Shown: positions 14,366-64,000 of the stretch, one piece after another
How the letters are laid out: each line of letters starts with the position of its first letter
Numbering within the stretch: the first letter of the stretch is position 1
DNA from: Octopus bimaculoides
Lineage: Eukaryota
Length of the DNA stretch: 64,000 bases
Direction: 5' to 3'
Assembly: GCF_001194135.2 (NCBI RefSeq)
Contig: NC_068993.1
Location: 44,319,361-44,383,360, forward strand
The notes under the pieces: model-generated
What the model saw: the letters and a program-made list of their open reading frames with translations, nothing else
Database searches by the model: none
Told to the model about the DNA's origin: nothing
Position numbers and translations under genes: made by a program

Positions 14366-15941
14366 CTAGCACCAATAATCTTCTCAAACCACAGCATTGG
14401 ATTTCTAACATTGGCACAAGGCCACAGATCTGGATATAGGTGTTAGTCATTTAAATCAATCCCAGTACTTCATTGGTACATTATTTTATTAACCCCAGAG
14501 GGATGAAAGCAAAGTTAGTCTTGACAATCTTCGAACTCAGAATATAAAAGATTGTAACTGAATATCTGAAGGCACTTTTTCCAATGGTTTACCAATTATG
14601 TAATACAAAATAATATACTCTAAAACATCTCAAATGGCTCGTTTCTGATATTGCCAAATTCTGATTGACATTTAATTTTTTTTTTTAAATTGTTCTACAA
14701 CATTTAAGTTGAAGAACCAACAATGGGATCTGCGTTGTCACTTGAACTGGTAGAAATAGTAGCCAAATCCACTCATATTACATACTCTACCCTGAAAAGA
14801 ATGTTTCTCAGACTGGATATCGTCTTGTATATTCAATGCATGGGAAAAATGCAGAATACAGTTAGGAGTTGGTCTCGAGTAGACTAAACAACAACTATAA
14901 CAACTAAAAAAAATTTGGGCTGGTTATTTCAAGAAGACAAAACTTGTAATTGAAGCCAACTAATCAAAATTAAATGATGATAATGTTTAATTTATAAGAT
15001 CTTTTTCATCTAAATTTTAAACTAATTTAGCTTGTGAAGGGTTTTTTCTATTTATTTATTTGCACTATTTTATATTTTTCTTTTGCTCTCAACAAAAATT
15101 ACAAAGGTGATGGTTGTTATTCCATATTGACATAAAAAAAAAACACTACTCACTGTTGCTTTACATTTAATTTTTAAAAATTCATTTTTACATATGCACA
15201 CATACACACACGAAAACACATTACTCTCTAATGTTTATAGAGTTAAATTTGTTTGCTCAGGCGATTTAAAATATGTTGGTAATAAATGCTGTTAATCTTA
15301 AGTTAACTTGATTGAAAAATTGTTTTAATTTTAATATCTTAGGTTGGAAAAATATTGATTTTTTTTTTTTTGTTTGTTTTTACTCTTTTCAAATTCTTCC
15401 TCTCTCTTTCNNNNNNNNNNNNNNNNNNNNNNNNNNNNNNNNNNNNNNNNNNNNNNNNNNNNNNNNNNNNNNNNNNNNNNNNNNNNNNNNNNNNNNNNNN
15501 NNNNNNNNNNNNNNNNNNNNNNNNNNNNNNNNNNNNNNNNNNNNNNNNNNNNNNNNNNNNNNNNNNNNNNNNNNNNNNNNNNNNNNNNNNNNNNNNNNNN
15601 NNNNNNNNNNNNNNNNNNNNNNNNNNNNNNNNNNNNNNNNNNNNNNNNNNNNNNNNNNNNNNNNNNNNNNNNNNNNNNNNNNNNNNNNNNNNNNNNNNNN
15701 NNNNNNNNNNNNNNNNNNNNNNNNNNNNNNNNNNNNNNNNNNNNNNNNNNNNNNNNNNNNNNNNNNNNNNNNNNNNNNNNNNNNNNNNNNNNNNNNNNNN
15801 NNNNNNNNNNNNNNNNNNNNNNNNNNNNNNNNNNNNNTTTAATATTAGATGAAAAAGTCGAAAAGACAGAAATTGTACTAACCATTACAAAATGTATTTC
15901 ATGATAAAATTATTTTAGCATTTTCTACCTTGTCTTATTTT

Positions 15942-16001
<60 letters not shown>

Positions 16002-16181
16002 CTACCTACCTACCAGAGTGAGTACATAAATGTGAAACAAGGTGGAGTAATATGCTTTATTTATAAAGCTGCAAAAACATCACAAAAACTGTTACTCAGT
16101 TTCACATTACCATTCGCCAGACAGGAACATGAAACTCTGAGTAACAGATTTTGTGATGTTTTTGCAGCTTTATTGATAAAG

Positions 16182-16605
16182 TATATATATAATATATAAG
16201 AAGTATTATGTGTGTATATATATATATAAACACACACACACATATATATATACACATACATATATATATATATATACACACATACACACACATATATATA
16301 CACATACACACACATATATATACACATACACACATATATATATACACGCACACATATATATATATACACACACACATATATATATATACACACACATATA
16401 TATATATACACACACATATATATATATACACACACATATATATATACACATATATATGCACACATACACATATATGTGTATATGTATGTATGCGTGTGTA
16501 TATATATTATATACATGTATATACATATGTGTATATATAGTATATATATATATATTTGTATATATGTATGTATATATATTTGTATATATGTATGTATATA
16601 TATAA
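16182..16605. repeat. Compound (TA)n/(CA)n/(TG)n microsatellite
   Basis: Directly visible; a similar block lies at 46920-48245 around a gap. Confidence 0.95.
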
Positions 16606-16832
16606 TACTTTTTACATGAAGATGGGTGATAGTGACTTTGAAGTTTTGGTTTGCTAGCCTTCATCACACTGTAGTACATTTGGGTTCCTCTTGACTTTAC
16701 ATAGTCTAACAGGCTAAAACTTCGAAGTTACTGTCACTCATCTTGCCAAAATATATGTACTCTATAAAAAGTATTGAGTACTTTTTCAGTTTGTTTTTAT
16801 AATGACTACATAAAAATTAATTTTATACACAG

Positions 16833-16886
<54 letters not shown>

Positions 16887-17303
16887 GATGTGTGTCTATA
16901 TGCCTGTGTTCATTCTCATGTTATTGATTGGTGCTATCTAGTGTGCAATTTTTTTTACTAAGAGAGCATTCTCTCTATCAATGCACCAGCTGGTAGAACT
17001 TTCACAGTAACAAAACTATCAATCAATGACATTAAACTGTACAGCAATACAAATATGGACAAATAGAAAAATTGAATATTTTTTTATAGTTGCTTGCTGT
17101 TTGAAGTGCCATCCTTCACATACAGAAATGGCTGGTTTGTTAATAACCTGATAGTCAAACTAGTAAATTACAAAAGGTAGTTGGGGTTACATTGTTGCTT
17201 GATCTGCTAGAATTGCCTAAATCTCTTCAAATAATATTGGGCCTTTTTTTAAAAAAAAGTTTCAGTTGAAAATGTTACACTAGTTACTCTATAGTTACTC
17301 ATA

Positions 17304-17468
17304 GGTGCAGGAGTGGCTGTGTGGTAAGTAGCTTGCTTACCAGCCACATGGTTCTGGGTTCAGTCCCACTGCGTGGCACCTTGGGCAAGTGTCTTCTACT
17401 ATAGCCTCGGGCCAACCAAAGCCTTGTGAGTGGATTTGGTAGACGGAAACTGAAAGAAGCCCGTCGTA

Positions 17469-17525
<57 letters not shown>

Positions 17526-17720
17526 TTGTCCTCCCCACCATTGCTTGACAACCGACGGTGGTGTGTTTACGTCCCTGTAACTTAGCAGTTCAGCAAAAGA
17601 GACCGATAGAATAAGTACTAGGCTTCCAAAGAATAAGTCCTGGGGTCGATTTGCTCGACTAAAGGCGGTGCTCCAGCATGGCCGCAGTCAAATGACTGAA
17701 ACAAGTAAAAGAGTAAAGAG
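17304..17720 (+). mobile_element. Near full-length tRNA-derived SINE with internal (TA)n(TG)n
   Basis: A-box-like tggctgtgtggt and B-box-like ggttcagtccc, body ccttgggcaagtgtcttc...gtggatttggtagacggaaactgaaagaagccc, tail gactgaaacaagtaaaagag. Decayed copies near 17860, 21200, 22800, 25590, 26280, 42275, 43575, 46840, 52735, 53345 and 61000. Confidence 0.85.
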
Positions 17721-18442
17721 TATACTTAAAAAAAAAAAGACAAAGTGATTATAATTGAAATACCATTGATGATTTCTGAAATGTGCTTATATATGTGTAT
17801 GTGTACATATATATAATGTGTATGTGTGTGCACTTGCGTGTATGCCTTGTTAATGAAGTTGGTAGGCAAAAACTCTGTGAAAGCCCATCATGGTTATATA
17901 TATATGTGTGTGTTTGTGTTTATGTCTCACCACCACTTGATGATTAGTGTTTTTTTACATCTCCATAACTTAGGTGTTCAACAAAAGAGATGATAGAATA
18001 AGTATTTGGGGTCAATTTGTTTGACTAAACCCTTCAATGCCGTGCCCCAGTATGGCCACAGTCTATTGACTGAAACAAAGCAAAAGAAAGAAACCTGGTT
18101 ATATTTCAACTCATAAAATTATACAGAGAGGTTTGTAGAAAGTAATTTGGCATTTTAAGATTGATACTTCATCAGAAAGGTAAATTTTTTTTTTCCTCCA
18201 TGGAAGAGTCAGTCTGAAAACTTCAGATGCCATTTCAATTTCATAGTATACAAACTATTATCCAAACTTATCATTTTACCACATAAATTTTGATGATGAT
18301 GATCATCATCAATAATTACCTCAAATTTTTTTTTTTTATTCAATAAAATAATATTTGATTTGAGAAAATATGTATGAAATCTTCACCTATTCCATTTTGT
18401 TTTGTGCTGCTAATTAATCAATTTGTTTATTAAATTTGAAAG

Positions 18443-63153
<44,711 letters not shown>

Positions 63154-64000
63154 GTAAGTTATTCAAGCAACAGTTAGCCTACATGTTTGTACTCATTTAA
63201 AATATAATGGTAATGAGGTAAGGTAATTAATTTTAAAAAAACATTCAGATACTTTAAGTTAACCATTTGAAGAGAGTTCTTCCAATTCTAAGCTAACTAC
63301 CTTTAAACTAAAATGGACTTTACCTCTGGCCCTCCTAAGACAACTATACAGGTGACAAAAGTTATCTTTTTAGCTATCCTCCTATCCTTGCATTCCTCAC
63401 ATAGCCAAATTCCACTACCTCAGAAACACTTGTAGCAATAATGTAGTTGTACAATGAAGACAACAAACTGCAACTCTTGGATGGAATCACCATCCAATAC
63501 CATAAGTCAAAAGCATCATCCTATAATAGCAACACGTGCAGTACATCCACTTGAAAAGAAGACGACATCATGTATTCTATTGCCTGCAAGTTCTTTTGGA
63601 TCTCAAACCAGTCAAGCTTCATGGTCTCTAGATCTTCTCAACCACGATAGCACTACAAGGAGTACTCCTACCGATAAACCCATTTATTTATTTGGTCCAT
63701 TTTGGAAATTCCTCTTTGAGAGAGGGGAATAAACTTTTTGCGGTAATCCTGATATTTTACTGCCAGAAATTCAAAACCTTAACCTCAATGAAAACAAATG
63801 TTTGCCATGCTATATACCAATGTATTTATCACACATACACATATATATGATGATTTCACTTCGGCATAGTGATACTAATAACCATTTGTTGCAACTCAAT
63901 ATACTTAATATGCTTACACTTTAAAAAGCATTAGGTGAGTATAGAGTGCAATGTTAATTAATAAATGACAAAAGAACAGGAGTTACATAATCACCTTCAT

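Noticed and set aside
17304-17380. tRNA-like A and B boxes (also at 39900)
   Set aside because: They are SINE heads running into SINE bodies; no cloverleaf, so no tRNA gene called.
63454-63732. 92-aa ORF after the last C2 exon
   Set aside because: Does not contain the expected G-YRH-type PLC ending and has no supporting acceptor in the right phase.

Overview
AT-rich, repeat-dense animal genomic DNA with eight N-gaps. The SINE/MITE and microsatellite content looks like octopus or another coleoid cephalopod (inference, not verified). The only host gene I can support is a + strand phosphoinositide-specific phospholipase C of the delta-like type. Eleven exons between 18443 and 63153 encode the distal EF-hands, catalytic X box, acidic X-Y linker, Y box and most of the C2 domain. 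Splice phases are mutually consistent except for one X-box exon that is not visible and probably lies in the gap at 25834-26211. The PH/proximal EF exons and the last exon were not found in the window. The introns hold decayed Tc1/mariner, hAT- and piggyBac-type MITEs, a Helitron remnant, several SINE families and microsatellites. Most notable: (1) a 154/156-bp fold-back insertion 52 nt upstream of a Y-box exon, flanked by a 13-nt direct repeat and carrying a Penelope-type minimal hammerhead ribozyme motif; (2) a U12-type (minor spliceosome) intron at 31330-32692; (3) an intronic 35-bp hairpin whose seven non-Watson-Crick pairs are all G-U on the transcribed strand; (4) inverted-repeat elements lying just upstream of 6 of the 11 exons.
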